A stretch of 64,000 nucleotides of DNA from Paecilomyces variotii. Taxonomy: Eukaryota. Position numbers and translations under genes: made by a program. The DNA is taken from the NCBI GenBank assembly GCA_004022145.1, contig RCNU01000010.1; one strand, written 5' to 3'. This document shows, piece by piece, positions 13,038 to 25,707 of this stretch (position 1 is its first letter; the number at the start of each line of letters is the position of its first letter). Under the pieces are notes generated by a model. It was not told the origin of the DNA. It did not search any database and saw only the letters and a list, made by a program, of their open reading frames with translations.

Positions 13038-16000
13038 TTATCTTTTAGGCACGAGAGGCTTCCAGCCACTCATATCATCCGCATCGTTGTCGAGAAGATT
13101 ATCTGCAAGAGCACCCCTGGGCGCCCCATTATTCCTTATCGGTAAGCCCGGGGGCACATCGGCACGCGGGGAGGAGTTCTTTGACTCAAAGCCCTCTACT
13201 CCACGCGCTGGAAGCGCAGGTTTCCGTCCTTGTAGCTCGGCGGTGCGATAATTTGCGCCACCAGAACTGAGAGACAGACTAGAGATGGAATTTGTGTCTT
13301 TCTCAAAACTAGTGCTAGAAGCCAATGATGCTGGTTTTCTCGGTATTGGTGGTGGAGCCTTTAGCTCTTCTGACCGGGCCAGGTTATTCTCTGGACTTTT
13401 CGACGCATCGATATCGTGTCTCTCGAGACCGTCCAGTTCAGCGTGTAGCGCTGTCTGCCTGCCTTGACGTCTTGGTGCTGGCGGGGCTGGCGGGGTGGAT
13501 TTCTTCCCAGGCGTTGATAGAGATGTGGAGTCATCCTTCTTTCGAAGAGGCAATTCTGATGGGTATATCCAATCAGGGATTCCGTCGGGCGAGAAGGGGT
13601 TTGATTTCTGATATATGTTTGGAACTTGGCCATCTGCAGGCGGCTTGATTGTCGACCTGGAGGGGACACCTTGTTCATGTTAGTTTGACCATTTACGGGC
13701 ATAGAAAAAGGGGTTTTCTTTTTCTCTCTCTCAATACTTACCAAGAGGTTCAAGCCACCACTTCTGACGGTCTGAACTAGGCGACGGCAAGTCAGGAGAG
13801 ATGGGTACGAGTTCTTCTCCCCCTTCTGTATCTGCGGATCTGCCGAGATCAGGTATCAAGTCGTCTGTACCGTGTTTGAACTTCTCGTAGAGAGAGCGAC
13901 TGAGTCTTTCCTTCAGCTTCTCATCTATGACATGTATGGTGCAGTCAAACATAGCCCAGACAGGACGATGGTCTGAAAAACGTAAATCTGCCGTCGCATA
14001 GTGAGATTGTCGGAGATTCTTGCCCTTCCACAGCACTCTGTCGCACCATGCGGGAATGCGCGCTTTTTCTCTGCAGTGCGTTAGATTATGCAAGGTGGTT
14101 TGATTCGTTTTTCTTTTCTAATTCAGGGAGTCCTTACGAGGTGTCGTATTCATCAGATCCGATGTCGTATTTGTAAGTTGGTGGGAATGTAATTGGCGCT
14201 TCGGAATAGAATTTAAAAGTCCTTCCTGCCATCATCTGCAGATTTAACTAGAAGATTGTCAGTGGACAATAAGCGCGATGAGGAAAGTAGATGATGGGGT
14301 TACCTGATCATTTTCATAGAGTTTATCGAACATTCCTAGCTTGATGTACTCCCTGACTTTGTGGTCACTGAGGCCTATGCGATAGTTGAAATCACCAAGC
14401 CAGATGACGGTGTCATGGTCTTCGATAGACCTATTCCTTTGAAATCTCAGACCATGACTGATAGTTTCATAATCCCGATTCCTCTCGTCATAGTTCGCAA
14501 ATCCGGCGGCAAGATGTGCAGTGACAAAACACATTCTAGTGTTCGAGTATTCGAACCGAATAGCACAACCGCCTTTGTTGCCTCCCATGCCAGAAAGACC
14601 GGTCTAGTTGCGTAATTAGCCTGGTACAAGCAACAGTGAGAGGGAAATTTGAGCGTACCTTTTTAACACTTCCTTCCACGTTCTTAATGTCACTAAGGGC
14701 ATCGGTTCTCACGTATATGAGAAGAGCGGCCCCAACGAGTTGGCCGCTACGAAGAAGCACGTATCGTGAGGGCCCTTGCCTGCTAGCAAGGTCGTTTAGA
14801 CAAACTTTGACAGCCTCCTCCCAGACCTTGCGTGTCCGTGGATCAGTAGACATTATTTGTTGAGGGCTCAACTCCACGATCTCTTGAAACCCGACAGCTA
14901 CTATGGCCGGTCCCTCCCCATGCTCATCAAATGCAGAGGACAGCCAGGGTGAAAGGTCAGTAGATGCACCTTCGCTCCTTCCATTGAGGTTGAAAGTGCC
15001 AACCCAGACGCGGATAGATTTAGTCGAGGAGTATTCCGTGAGCTGGCGGTTCATCTCAGCAGTGACCATATCACTGATCGGGTCATATAAGTGAACAGAC
15101 AACTGGTTCGTTAAGCGACCTAGCAAGAGATCTATCGTGTTTTGTCGAGCCTTATCCGTAAAATTATTCACATACAAGCGCGTGGCACTCTTGCGTGCGT
15201 CTGCAAGAGCACCTGCCAGTGACATTTTGCCGTGTCTAGTAAATGAGCTTTTGAGAGCCCCAGTTCCAGCGTAGATCTTTGATAACGCGTCACCATTGTC
15301 GGCCCACAGACTTGAATGCCTCATCTGGAGGTCTTGCGTGACTCTTCCGCCATGCTGAATCAAGAAAGTATCAAGAGCCATCAGACTAATGATGGTCTGT
15401 ACGAGGTTTGTCCTGTCCAAGCAATCAAGACAATTGGTTCGGAAAACGCCTTCTTGCTGGATAACAACCGCCGAACTCTTCGGGTAGTGTTTCTCGTTTG
15501 TGGGAGACTCTGACTGACGGAAGACATCTTCCGACAAGAAATAAGCAAATCCATCCAACGAGTTTTCAACCTCAACCCGAATTTGACGGCCGACATCGTA
15601 GCCAGCCGGACCGCGAGCTTCAACATGGAAATCAAACTCAGTAGCTCGCAATAGATGATGGTCTGACGAAGAGCCCGGGGCACCTCGCTGTCTGAGTGAG
15701 CTTCTGGAAATATGTTCACGGAATTTGGCGGACAATTCGGCTTCCCCTGACTTGAGCGCGCTGAGAAGGTTGACCACATGTACTGCTCCGTACTCGTGTT
15801 CAAGGAACTCAAAGTGCTTGTCAAACGCATGCTGCGTCGCCTCGAAAGAGCGTGTAACCTCGATTTTTTGTTGCCCAGGGAGGAGGCCGGGGGTCTGCTC
15901 CCAAAAGATAGGAACCGAACCACGTACTTGAACGTAAGAGAAATTTATCCCCGGGGGACTCCATAAAATGAGCTCAGTCTCGACGAAATTTGAGACGTTC

Positions 16001-16957
16001 CCATCGTCATCTATCCCTCTCGAGTTGAATCTGGTGCCAGCTCGCCGCCACGATTGACGTGATATGAGGGTCAATGTTGAAGGGAGATTTGACCGCACCT
16101 GAGGAAGCGGATGGGCTGACGCAGGGATGGTCAACGTCCCGGCGAACCCTCGTATGACAGACGTTAGAATTCGAGAGGCATCGAGCGCCACTCTTTCGTG
16201 GCTAGCTAGGCGGCTCCTGAAGAGAAGAAGAGGATTGATCATATAATGATTCCATAACATGTCTCCGTCGAGACTATCGATATCGAAGGCGGTCGACTCA
16301 TTGTAACTGATAGCTCGTCAGCTTGGCTCCTTTGGACCCAGGCAGGTACGATGTCTACTCACCGGTCCTGGAGGCGATCCGTGAGGTTGAAGTCGAGGCT
16401 GTAGTAGAAACTGCCATCATTCAGGAGTTTTTTCAGAGCAAGGAATGGATGGTCTGTAACAACATCTCTAGGGTCCTGACTGAAGCTACGGCTGGTATCC
16501 TCAGCTCCCCATTGGGAGCCTGCTTCATATTCCAGTCCATTCTCATAATCGGAGCGATTTAGACAATCTGCCGGAATCAGCTTAGTCCTAGGGACGTGTT
16601 CAGAGATATATACTGACAAAATTCTACGTTATCAATTCTTAGGACGGTCTCGCCTGGTCTAACTGTAGCCGCCTTCGAAGAGGCGGTAGCAACGCAGATA
16701 AAGACGTCGTGATTCAGTGTGATAAGACCCAGGGTACCGTGCCCCTCGCCCAGCAGTCTGTATTCTCTTAGATTGATCGAGGAGGCACTGCAGAACTCGA
16801 CCAGGCAGCGTGGGGTCTCATTATTGCCAGCTTCCGGTATCCCATTAGACGATTCCCCCGCAATCGGTGTGTGCCGGAAGATCAGCGCATGTTCGCTCGT
16901 TACGAGGGCAATTGTGCGATCAGGCTGTTCTCGACAGAGAACACGAAGGGTCGACAT
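13038..16957 (-). CDS. Synaptojanin-like phosphoinositide phosphatase (Sac1 domain + 5-phosphatase + Pro-rich tail; Inp52/Inp53 family), multi-exon
   Basis: Sac1 motifs RAGTRFNSRGIDDDGNVSNFVETE, RGSVP and RTNCLDCLDRTN; IPPc motifs GTFNLNG, GFQEIVEL, GNKGG, WLGDFNYRI, PTYKYD, PAWCDRVL, SDHRPV; NPF motif in the tail. Confidence 0.95.
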
Positions 16958-17491
16958 GATCTAGGGGAACTGTGCGTCCACCATCCAAGACCAGATCGAC
17001 CGATCATGGGGGTGGAGGGGAGCGGTTTGCTGGAGGGGTTGAATGAGTTGAGATGTGGTGAGCTTGAGCCGGCGATTTGCGTCAGAAGGCTTGCGCGTCG
17101 CTCCGGGGAGGGCGATTACTGTGACAGATCAGTGCCAAAATATAATACTTAACATCACTGCGCCTGGAGTTTTCTCGCAGAGCGCAGAGAAAGTCATCGA
17201 TTGATGGTCGTGTTATTAGACCTTTAATGTACTAGTTAGTGTTGGCCAATAACTAGTTAAGTCAAAGTAGGAGTTCTTAGGTCATCAGCCAGGCTCGTGC
17301 CCCGTTGCTGGTTTAAGCCTTACGGTCTTCAAGAGAGGGATTAATTACCAAAACAGGTAGATCTCTGTATAACTAAGATAAGATAATAATAATTAAGTTA
17401 ATGAATTGAAGAATACTAAGCTAGTTAACTATATAAACGTATTGTGGACAGGACTCTCACGTCTTCCGTGAGATGAAATAATGTCGACTGC

Positions 17492-18042
17492 TCAAGGTGA
17501 CTCGAGATGGCTTCCAGCAGAGTTAACGAGGACCTGCAAGTCACCAGCGACACGTTTACAGGAATCGTTCAAGCGTTCCACGTGGGCAAGTATGAGGCTT
17601 TCTATCTCAGCACGCCTCTGTATGAGTTCAGCCAGGCGTTTAATCCGAGTCGCCCGGCGCCCGGCGCTAATCTGGCGTCAGAAACCGAGCCAACTTTCTA
17701 AGTTATAGAAGCTGGCTGACATACATAGAACGCCTGCTAGCGATAACTCGATTATGTAGATGCAGCTCGAATTCTTGTGCTCTCGATTGGTGATGTTCCT
17801 CAAGCGCCTGTTTGTGGCGTCTAGCGCGCTCTTCGAACTAGTCACGGACGGAAGAGTGTCAGCGTGGCAGCGATGTATATATGTCTTCAGACCAGAAGAC
17901 ACTGTGATACTACTTGGCTCACAGATGCGTCCATGTCTTTCAAGGAAAAAGACATATCAGCGGACCCTTGGGCCGCCTGTCTTCGTGACAATGGCTGCTG
18001 GCGCCCCGAACGAGCGTTGCCGGGTTTTTTCTTAGCAGCCAT
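17492..18042 (-). CDS. Small (135 aa) basic coiled-coil protein, uncharacterised; exons 18042-17923, 17837-17725, 17666-17492
   Basis: GTGAGC and GTATGT donors, CTGAC branch sites, TAG acceptors; frame is continuous: MAAKKKPGNARSGRQQ...FEERARRHKQALEEHHQSR...RIKRLAELIQRRAEIESLILAHVERLNDSCKRVAGDLQVLV...SP*. Confidence 0.75.
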
Positions 18043-18390
18043 GATCAGAGTATTTCCAGCGTCAAGAACAAAGAACCAGGCTAATCACACAGCTCTCTGG
18101 TTGGACAGTGAGACGAAGTTCGAGGGCAAAAGTCTGGGTTCCGATCGATAACTAGTCAAATGAACTACTCCGTAGTGAGTTAAGTGAACTACTTAAAACT
18201 AAGCGCTGGACGGCAAAAAAAAAGTCTTAGTCATCACACCTATCTCCGCATGGTTATTTTCTTCAAGTCGCTAGAATATCTCAACGCCAACCACGGGTTG
18301 ATTAACGGGTTGACGAGGGGATTCTTATAACAGAACGGGCCTTTTAAAGATACAGATTATCTCGTCTGTTCCAATCCCAAGTGGCCCAAA

Positions 18391-19441
18391 ATGGGTCTCG
18401 CAGGCCCTCGAAAGTGAGTGAGCAGCGCTAGGACGACGTGCGACTGCGACTGCTGCTACTAATGCTAATGCTAATGCGCTTATTTTCCAGGAGGACCAAG
18501 ATCTCTCATGACCCAAACAATACGAATTGGGCACGTTCGACTAGTGGCTTTGGCCACAAAATCATGAGCTCGCAGGGGTGGACTCCTGGCAGTCTCCTCG
18601 GCGCTCGCGATGCTGCGCATGCTGATCATTTCACCGCAGGCAGTGCCTCTCATATCCGGGTCTCTCTGAAGGATGATACTCTCGGATTAGGCGCGAGACC
18701 GAAGCGCGATTTAATTGACGGCCCGACCGGATTGGACGCTTTTCAGGGCCTGCTGGGTCGACTCAACGGCAAAACAGATGCGGAGCTGGAGAAGGAACAG
18801 CGAAAGCGTGACGACGTCAAACTCGCTATCTATACTGCAAGAAAATGGCAGGCAGTTAGATTCGTCAGTGGCGGTTTGCTCGTCCCTGAGAAGATGGAGG
18901 CGCTTCCCAACAAGACTCGAGAGGAGCCCGATAAGCAAGGGCCTAGCGCTGCAGACTCTGCTGAGGAATCACAGCCGGAGTCAGAATCGGAAAAGGAAAA
19001 GTCTAAGAAGTCTAAGAAATCTAAGAAATCCAAAAAGTCCAAGAAGGGTGATTCCGACGTCAAGCCAGATGCAGACAGTCGGTCGTCTTCCAAGAGCAAG
19101 CGCAAAGAGTCTAAGAAACGGAAACACGGTGGTGGAAGCGATCAATCCGATGATAATCAAGAAGGCGACGAAGAACAAAAGGCAGTCCCCAAGCCTTCCA
19201 AGTCGAAGGATGCAGAGACCAATGGGTCCCAGACTTCTTCAAGATCTGAAACGCCCGCGACCTCGAGGGAGCGCATTCCTATGGGAAGGCATATTTTCCG
19301 AAGCAGACATATCCAGCAAAAGAAAAAGGCACTTATGGACGATAAATCGCTCAATGAGGTAATTGGCTGCATCCTGCCTTCCATATCGTATGTGCTCGCA
19401 TCATCTAATTGTCACGGCAGATATTTATGATCAAATCCTGA
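18391..19441 (+). CDS. PXR1: G-patch protein PinX1/Pxr1 (rRNA processing, Prp43 cofactor); exons 18391-18413, 18491-19358, 19421-19441
   Basis: MGLAGPRKRTKISHDPNNTNWARSTSGFGHKIMSSQGWTPG...LKDDTLGLGA G-patch; Lys-rich SKK repeats; C-terminal KSLNEIFMIKS. Confidence 0.93.
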
Positions 19442-20175
19442 ACACCTGATCTAATCACGGACATACCGACCTACTATAGACGAATCAATCTTCGTCACAG
19501 CATTTCCAGCGGCAGGCCGCTGGATATACAATTGAAATTCGATACCAATAGAGCATCTGCCATCTTATCTGAAAAAGTTGTCACATGGGTTGATATCAAA
19601 GCCTCTGGCCCCTCACACTCCGCCATTTGTCTTTGCAGGCTCAGTGAGGAATTGTATAGAGTGATATTCAAGAGATTGAAGAATAAAGGGAGTAGATACG
19701 CGCTACGAGTAGGAGTGTGAAATCAATCTAAATATATATATATATATAAATAATATGGTATAGAAGTTTCTAAATATGGGATCTGCCCGAGAAGGCAGGC
19801 GGTGTAGAGTAAACCGAGTGTAACAACGTCATCCAACTCCGAGTAGAATAATAATCAACGAACTAGTTACAACTCTCACTTGCGCTCCTCTCCCCTGCTC
19901 TTTCCTTGACTCTCTGCTGCTTATAATTGATTTCTCCCCCAGCGGACTCTCTATGTCCTTTATTTGACATTGGAGGTTTTGCCATTCGCCCTCCTCCCTT
20001 ACACCTACGGTCATAACCTAGTCTGCCGCGGTACTTACCGGGCACATGGCTGCGGATTATTAGACTCGCTACGTTCCACATCGTTCTCCTTACCGAGCTC
20101 AACACCCCCTTTGCCAGGTATATCGCCTGCTAGATATTGTACTCGCTACATGAAAACTCTCGCGCGACCACGTCC

Positions 20176-21656
20176 ATGTCCTCAGTTCATATCCTTCCTC
20201 CGGAGCCTTCAGGCGCCCGCGAAGGTGTCAATGTGACATCCAAATTCAGCGATGTCGCAGCTGTAGATGAAACCTCAGAAGCTACATCTACTATCGGTAT
20301 AGGAAATGACACTCAGCTGGAGGGTCAGCCCGGACAGTTGTCAGACGTCACAAAGGGCCCAACAGCGGACGGTATCGCCCGTCATCCCGACAGCGGCGAG
20401 AAGCATGCTCCAGAGTCTCGTAGAGACCCTGGTGGCTTAGCAGCACCTTCGGAAACTCCTCAGAAAGAGGCGGTCAGATCCATCACAATTGAAGATCCGC
20501 ACAGCAGAAATGCGCCTGGAAAACAGTCTGGAACCACTAATGGAAAGAGCCATGGGTAAGAGTCAACTCTACTTTTCCCTTTTAACCCCCCCTCGCTTCA
20601 TGGCATTCGAGCTGACGATCAGACTGCAGTATCCGCTGGGCGCCACTGAATGTCGGCCTAGAACGGCGCCTTCAGACGTTCGTCGTCCTTTGCCATACAC
20701 TAACTATACCTATCTTTTTGACTCTTTTTTTCTTCCTGTGTGCCATACCCTTGTTCTGGCCTCTACTCATCCCGTACTTGATATACATTCTACTTTTCGC
20801 TGACGGTGCCACATCCGGGACTTTGCGTGGCCGTAGTAATTTTCTGCGTTCGCTTCCTGTTTGGTCGCTGTACGCAAACTATTTCCCTGCCCGTCTGCAC
20901 CGCTCGGTGCCCCTGGAGCCAACTCGAAAGTACATATTTGGGTATCATCCTCATGGCATCATCTCGCACGGAGCCTTTTCTGCCTTTGCTACAGAAGCTC
21001 TTGGCTTCTCTAAACTTTTCCCGGGGATCACGAACACACTGCTTACCCTGGATTCAAATTTCCGGATCCCCTTCTACAGGGAGTATGTCCTCGGCATGGG
21101 ACTTGCGAGCGTTTCCCGCGAGTCGTGCGAGAACCTGCTGACCAAAGGCGGCATTGATGGAGAAGGGATGGGCCGTGCCATCACGATCGTGGTAGGCGGG
21201 GCTCGGGAGTCTCTTCATGCGCTACCTCATACTATGCGTCTGGTCTTGAAGAGCCGCAAGGGGTTCGTGAAGCTGGCAGTCCGGACAGGAGCGGATCTTG
21301 TTCCCGTCCTAAGCTTTGGGGAGAACGAATTATATGATCAAGTACGCTCAGACGAGCACCCTCTCATACACAAATTGCAGATGCTGGTCAAGCGGACTAT
21401 GGGATTTACAATCCCCTTGTTCCACGCTCGGGGAGTATTCAATTATGACGTGGGCCTGATGCCTTATCGACGGCCAATGAATATCGTTGTTGGCAGGCCT
21501 ATTCGCGTGGTTCAGCAACGGAAGGGGGCGCCCCTGGATGAGCGCTACGTGGACGAGCTGCATGCCAAATACGTCCAGGAGTTGGAGCGGATATGGGAAG
21601 AATACCGAGACATCTTCTCCGCCGACAGAGTCTCAGAGCTGGAGATTTTAGAGTAA
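20176..21656 (+). CDS. DGA1: Diacylglycerol O-acyltransferase, DGAT2 type; exons 20176-20555, 20630-21656
   Basis: IRWAPLNVGLERRLQT, YFP, YIFGYHPHG, GGARE, RKGFVKLA, GADLVPVLSFGENE, GLMPYRRP, VVGRPI. Confidence 0.95.
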
Positions 21657-22141
21657 CCAGATTTTCTCTGATACTATATTCCAGAAAGCATGTTTTCAGG
21701 TGCGGCTGAGCGTATAGGTCGATTGACAGATCGGAAGCCCTTCCTAAGTGGTCATGGCGTTTGTTATGAGAAGTTACCTTTCCCATATATTGAGTCGAGA
21801 GTATTAATGCTATGAAAAGGCTGGACCCTTAACAGCGCAGTACCCACTGCTGCTGCTGCCAGTTCTGAAAAGTCGAAAGCGCGAGACATGCTTGCAGGGT
21901 CGGTTCTTATCAATAATGGTTTCTCGTGACATTCTCCTTTAGTTAGATAGATAGATACATGTATGCATAAGATAACAATAAACACGGCGCTTCCAATGCA
22001 CGCTTCAGAAAAACAACCATGAGTAGATGCTCCAATCCTGTAGAAAGCAACAAGCAGCTATTCTGAAGAAATATATAGCAACGATCACTGTTAATTTGGG
22101 CGACGGAGAGAAATAGACTCTTTACTCGATGCACAATCTTC

Positions 22142-23956
22142 TCACCACAGCATGCCGTCCCAGTGGCCACCGCCATCGATATTCTGCCACGCAGATTCTT
22201 TTATAGCCTTATCCCATCCCAAGATCACAGCCAACAGACGACATGTCATGCTACTGACGCCGCAAACCACCATATCAGTCTGACCCAGCACCGCCAGGTC
22301 AAGTAGATAGGCACGACCGATGAATTTCCGCAAATAGAGAGCGTTATCATTCCCGGCCGCGTGATGGTTGTTTTCCGAATCAGATACGTGCTCTTGCAGA
22401 TGCAAGAAGTGACCTAGATGCCTCTTCGAAGCTGGTGGTCCTGCTCGTCGGGTGTATGACAAACCCAGAGACCAAAACATATCTTTGAAAAAGCCGCCTT
22501 CCCATCCGATATTGTCGTCGATAGAAGATTTCTTCGCTTGGCCTTGGGACGCCGAGGCTTGATCTAGCGTTTTCTTAGTTGCCAGAGAAATGAAATGTTG
22601 TGCCTTTTCAGCACCTGAGAACTCGGTATTGTCATAGACGTCTGGATCATCCGAGGCTAGGATCAATTTTGAAGCTGTTCTCGCTTCGTTGATAGAATGT
22701 TTATTATGGGTTGCAGTCAGTGAACTTTCAAGTATTCTTTCGGCTGCCTCTCTGTATTGCTCTAGGGGTATGTAGGAGTCTCGATATTGGAATTCCCGTG
22801 GATGGAGATCACCGCGGCGAACGTGGATTCCGACCTGCTTGCCTCCATTAGACTGCACTGCAGATTTGAGTTCGTCGGAACGACTCTTCGAGTAGGACAT
22901 GTCTTCATCAGCTAGTTTGAATAATGATTCATAGCCTGCTCGAAGGAGAGAGAAGATGTGTCTGTGACGTTCGACCCCTGTCTTGCCGCGGTCTGTAAAC
23001 TGCTTCTGGAAGCTATCACCAAAGGTCCAAGGCGCCGTTGCCATTGACACAACCAGATGGCGTGCTTCATGAGGACAAGGGACTCTTTCTCTGGGAGGAG
23101 GTGGCAAACAGTCTGGTTTTGGAGGCGGTTGGAAATACGAGGTGTAGTTCCCATACGCCCAATTCGTATCATCGATAAAGAAAGATCGTCCTTCCTTTTG
23201 AGCGAGACCATAGCCCATCCACAGGCCCCATAGGGTCTTTCCAAGTCCTGCCTCCTCGCTCTGCAATACGTAAGTCAGACTCTTCTTGCAGACCTGGTTG
23301 TTCGAGTGAGAACCGACGGCCGTATCTTCCTGCTGTCCTTCATCCAGCGGCGGTAATAGGCCTTGTTTCGCAGCGTCGGAAATATCCACGAAGCCCGGAT
23401 CTTTCTGATAGTAACTGTGAGAATGACCCTGCGGACTCCGCCCTGCCATCTCCGCGACACTTCTTGAGATCTCCTCGCATTGAGAGCGGAGTCTAGCGTA
23501 TTCCTTAGGGGTAAGTGGAAAAGCCAGATCCTGCGGGATCGAGACCGTCCATTTCGGCTTCCCTTCTAAGCCAGTGATAGCGATTGGAATCGGCTGCTCG
23601 GGCAGCGTCTCCGTCCCAACAATCTCATACGCATCTCTACCCGTGGGAACGAAATCGACGACGTCCACAAACTGAGATGATAGAAGAAACGCAACAACCC
23701 TCTTAATCAGGATGAACACAACTATCAAGGCAGATATATAGAATAACAATCGACGAATTCTGCGGTTCCATCGCGGTTGGAACTTCTTGCCCTTTGGAGG
23801 AGCTGCTAGAAATGGAAGCCCTGGTGACGGAAGAGGCGAGTCGACTAATGGTATTCGCAGATTATGCTGAGATGAAGATGTCTCGGGAAAAGTGCTTCGA
23901 GTGGGCGTCTTCCGAAGAGACAAGCTCGAAGGGGGCTCACGGGACGATAGCAGCAT
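22142..23956 (-). CDS. Type II membrane protein with a FUT8/NodZ (GT23)-like glycosyltransferase domain; single exon
   Basis: Basic stretch followed by one N-terminal TM helix (LLFYISALIVVFILI); motifs AGLG, VGIHVRRGD, LILASDD, DLAVLGQTDMVVCGVSSMTCRLL. Confidence 0.7.
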   Translation of the reverse strand: MLLSSREPPSSLSLRKTPTRSTFPETSSSQHNLRIPLVDSPLPSPGLPFLAAPPKGKKFQPRWNRRIRRLLFYISALIVVFILIKRVVAFLLSSQFVDVVDFVPTGRDAYEIVGTETLPEQPIPIAITGLEGKPKWTVSIPQDLAFPLTPKEYARLRSQCEEISRSVAEMAGRSPQGHSHSYYQKDPGFVDISDAAKQGLLPPLDEGQQEDTAVGSHSNNQVCKKSLTYVLQSEEAGLGKTLWGLWMGYGLAQKEGRSFFIDDTNWAYGNYTSYFQPPPKPDCLPPPPRERVPCPHEARHLVVSMATAPWTFGDSFQKQFTDRGKTGVERHRHIFSLLRAGYESLFKLADEDMSYSKSRSDELKSAVQSNGGKQVGIHVRRGDLHPREFQYRDSYIPLEQYREAAERILESSLTATHNKHSINEARTASKLILASDDPDVYDNTEFSGAEKAQHFISLATKKTLDQASASQGQAKKSSIDDNIGWEGGFFKDMFWSLGLSYTRRAGPPASKRHLGHFLHLQEHVSDSENNHHAAGNDNALYLRKFIGRAYLLDLAVLGQTDMVVCGVSSMTCRLLAVILGWDKAIKESAWQNIDGGGHWDGMLW

Positions 23957-25707
23957 GTTTTCGTTTTTTTTTTTTCGTTCCCCGTAGAGTGCAGTATGTG
24001 TCTCTCTGTGCGTGTGTATGTATATATATAGAGAGAGAGAGAGAGACAAGCAAAACTGCTTAGGCTCGAGAAAGCAGAGCCGTCATGCCATTTATCAGAC
24101 GAGCGGTTCTTCTGATTGCCCTCGAAGAGATAAACACGATAATTGACCTCTGGATCGCAAGAGGCGATCTTGTAAACAGAAAAAGTATATATCAGAGACT
24201 CCCCGAGTCTGACATGCACTTCAGATACCAGAAGATGCAGGGATCAAGCAAAAGATGTCATCTTGCGAGAACAGCGAGCAAACCCACGAGCCCGTTCGTC
24301 CTCAATGTCGATCAGAGAGAGACCCAGTACTTACTTAGTAGGTAGTCTAGTCTCTCAGCTGCAATTGGAGTGGGTCGCTCATGTCCAGGAGTAGTAATGA
24401 AGGAACAGTGCAATGATACCAAAGAAATTAATGGGAGATGGATTGTCAACACTATCTTGACGCTCCAGAGCGCGACTGACAGTTAGTCCATCTGCTAAAA
24501 AGTAGAAAAAAAAAGAAAAAAAAAGAAAAAAAGGCGGGGAGCCGTTTGGCCTATGACTACTTCGAGTAGCCAGGGGACAACCAGATGTCAAAAGAAAAAG
24601 AATACAAGGATTGGAACAGAAGGGCCATGTGTTGAACGTACAGTATAACAAGATCAGGAGGAGTTTCGAGAAAGCCGAAATGTTTCATCGACGGCGGAAG
24701 TTTCCAGGTGCGAAATGCCGGGTGCAACTCCATTTTTGCCTGCGTCAGTGTGGAGAGAGAAAAGCCCAAGTAGCTAGCTAAAGGGAGAGAGAGCACCACA
24801 TACTCTACGCCACCCACGCCTCATCACTCATCGCCCATGTCACTTCACAAGTTCACGATGGCATGCGAGGCCTACATTATTCGCTGTTAGCTCGAGCGCG
24901 ACCCGAGACGGCGGTTTCAGGGTCTGACAGGTATTAACACTGGGAGATCGCCAACGGGCTGTCGACCGGAAATCGGGCGCAGTTGAAACCTCCACTGGAT
25001 AGATAGACAGGGTCCAGGGAGAAACATCAGACTGGGGGTACTCTACCATAGAAATCTCCGGAGCCTGTTGTCATTTGAATTCGCGCTTACTCAAGTTGCA
25101 CTGCATGCTACCATCTGGGTGATTGTTTTCCTCCTTGAAACTACTTAAGGATCCTTGACTATGTATTACAGTACACCGAGGTACTCGTTCAAAGTTCTAG
25201 TCTAGGTCCAATACGCCTATGCGACTGAGAAGGCTGTAGCAGCATCCAAGGCGGACAAAATGTCTGTCAAGACTCGAACAATTGATGTACAGTATTATTA
25301 TTAGACTCCTGCCATCATATGGATCAACCACATCACTCTCTCATGCTAATATTATACTATACACTCGGAAACAGGAGAATAGGCAAAATTTGAAACACTA
25401 TACATACAATCGTTCGAATTATGGCAGAGAACATAGCCAAATTATGACACTAATCATTGCTCATATCCCACCAAGAACGGTCATGACGACAGCCTGGGAA
25501 TAAAGATCACATGAAAACAGTCGATTAGATAAAAAGCCGTCAATAAATAAATAAAAAAAAAAAAAAAAACGCTATGGAAAAGAACACGTGGGTATCAGGA
25601 GATCAGAGGTCAAGTAATACGCAACAAGAATGACAAGGTAAACACTCAAATCCTCCAAGACGTACGCCTTTCCGTAAACCAGACTCCGTAGCAGATGGAT
25701 TGCGTGC

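Noticed and set aside
12634..13251. 205-aa + strand ORF
   Set aside because: Non-ATG start, lies in convergent 3'UTR space and antisense to the synaptojanin; no coding-like composition.
17481..18151. Four short + strand ORFs
   Set aside because: Better explained by the spliced minus-strand gene at 17492-18042.
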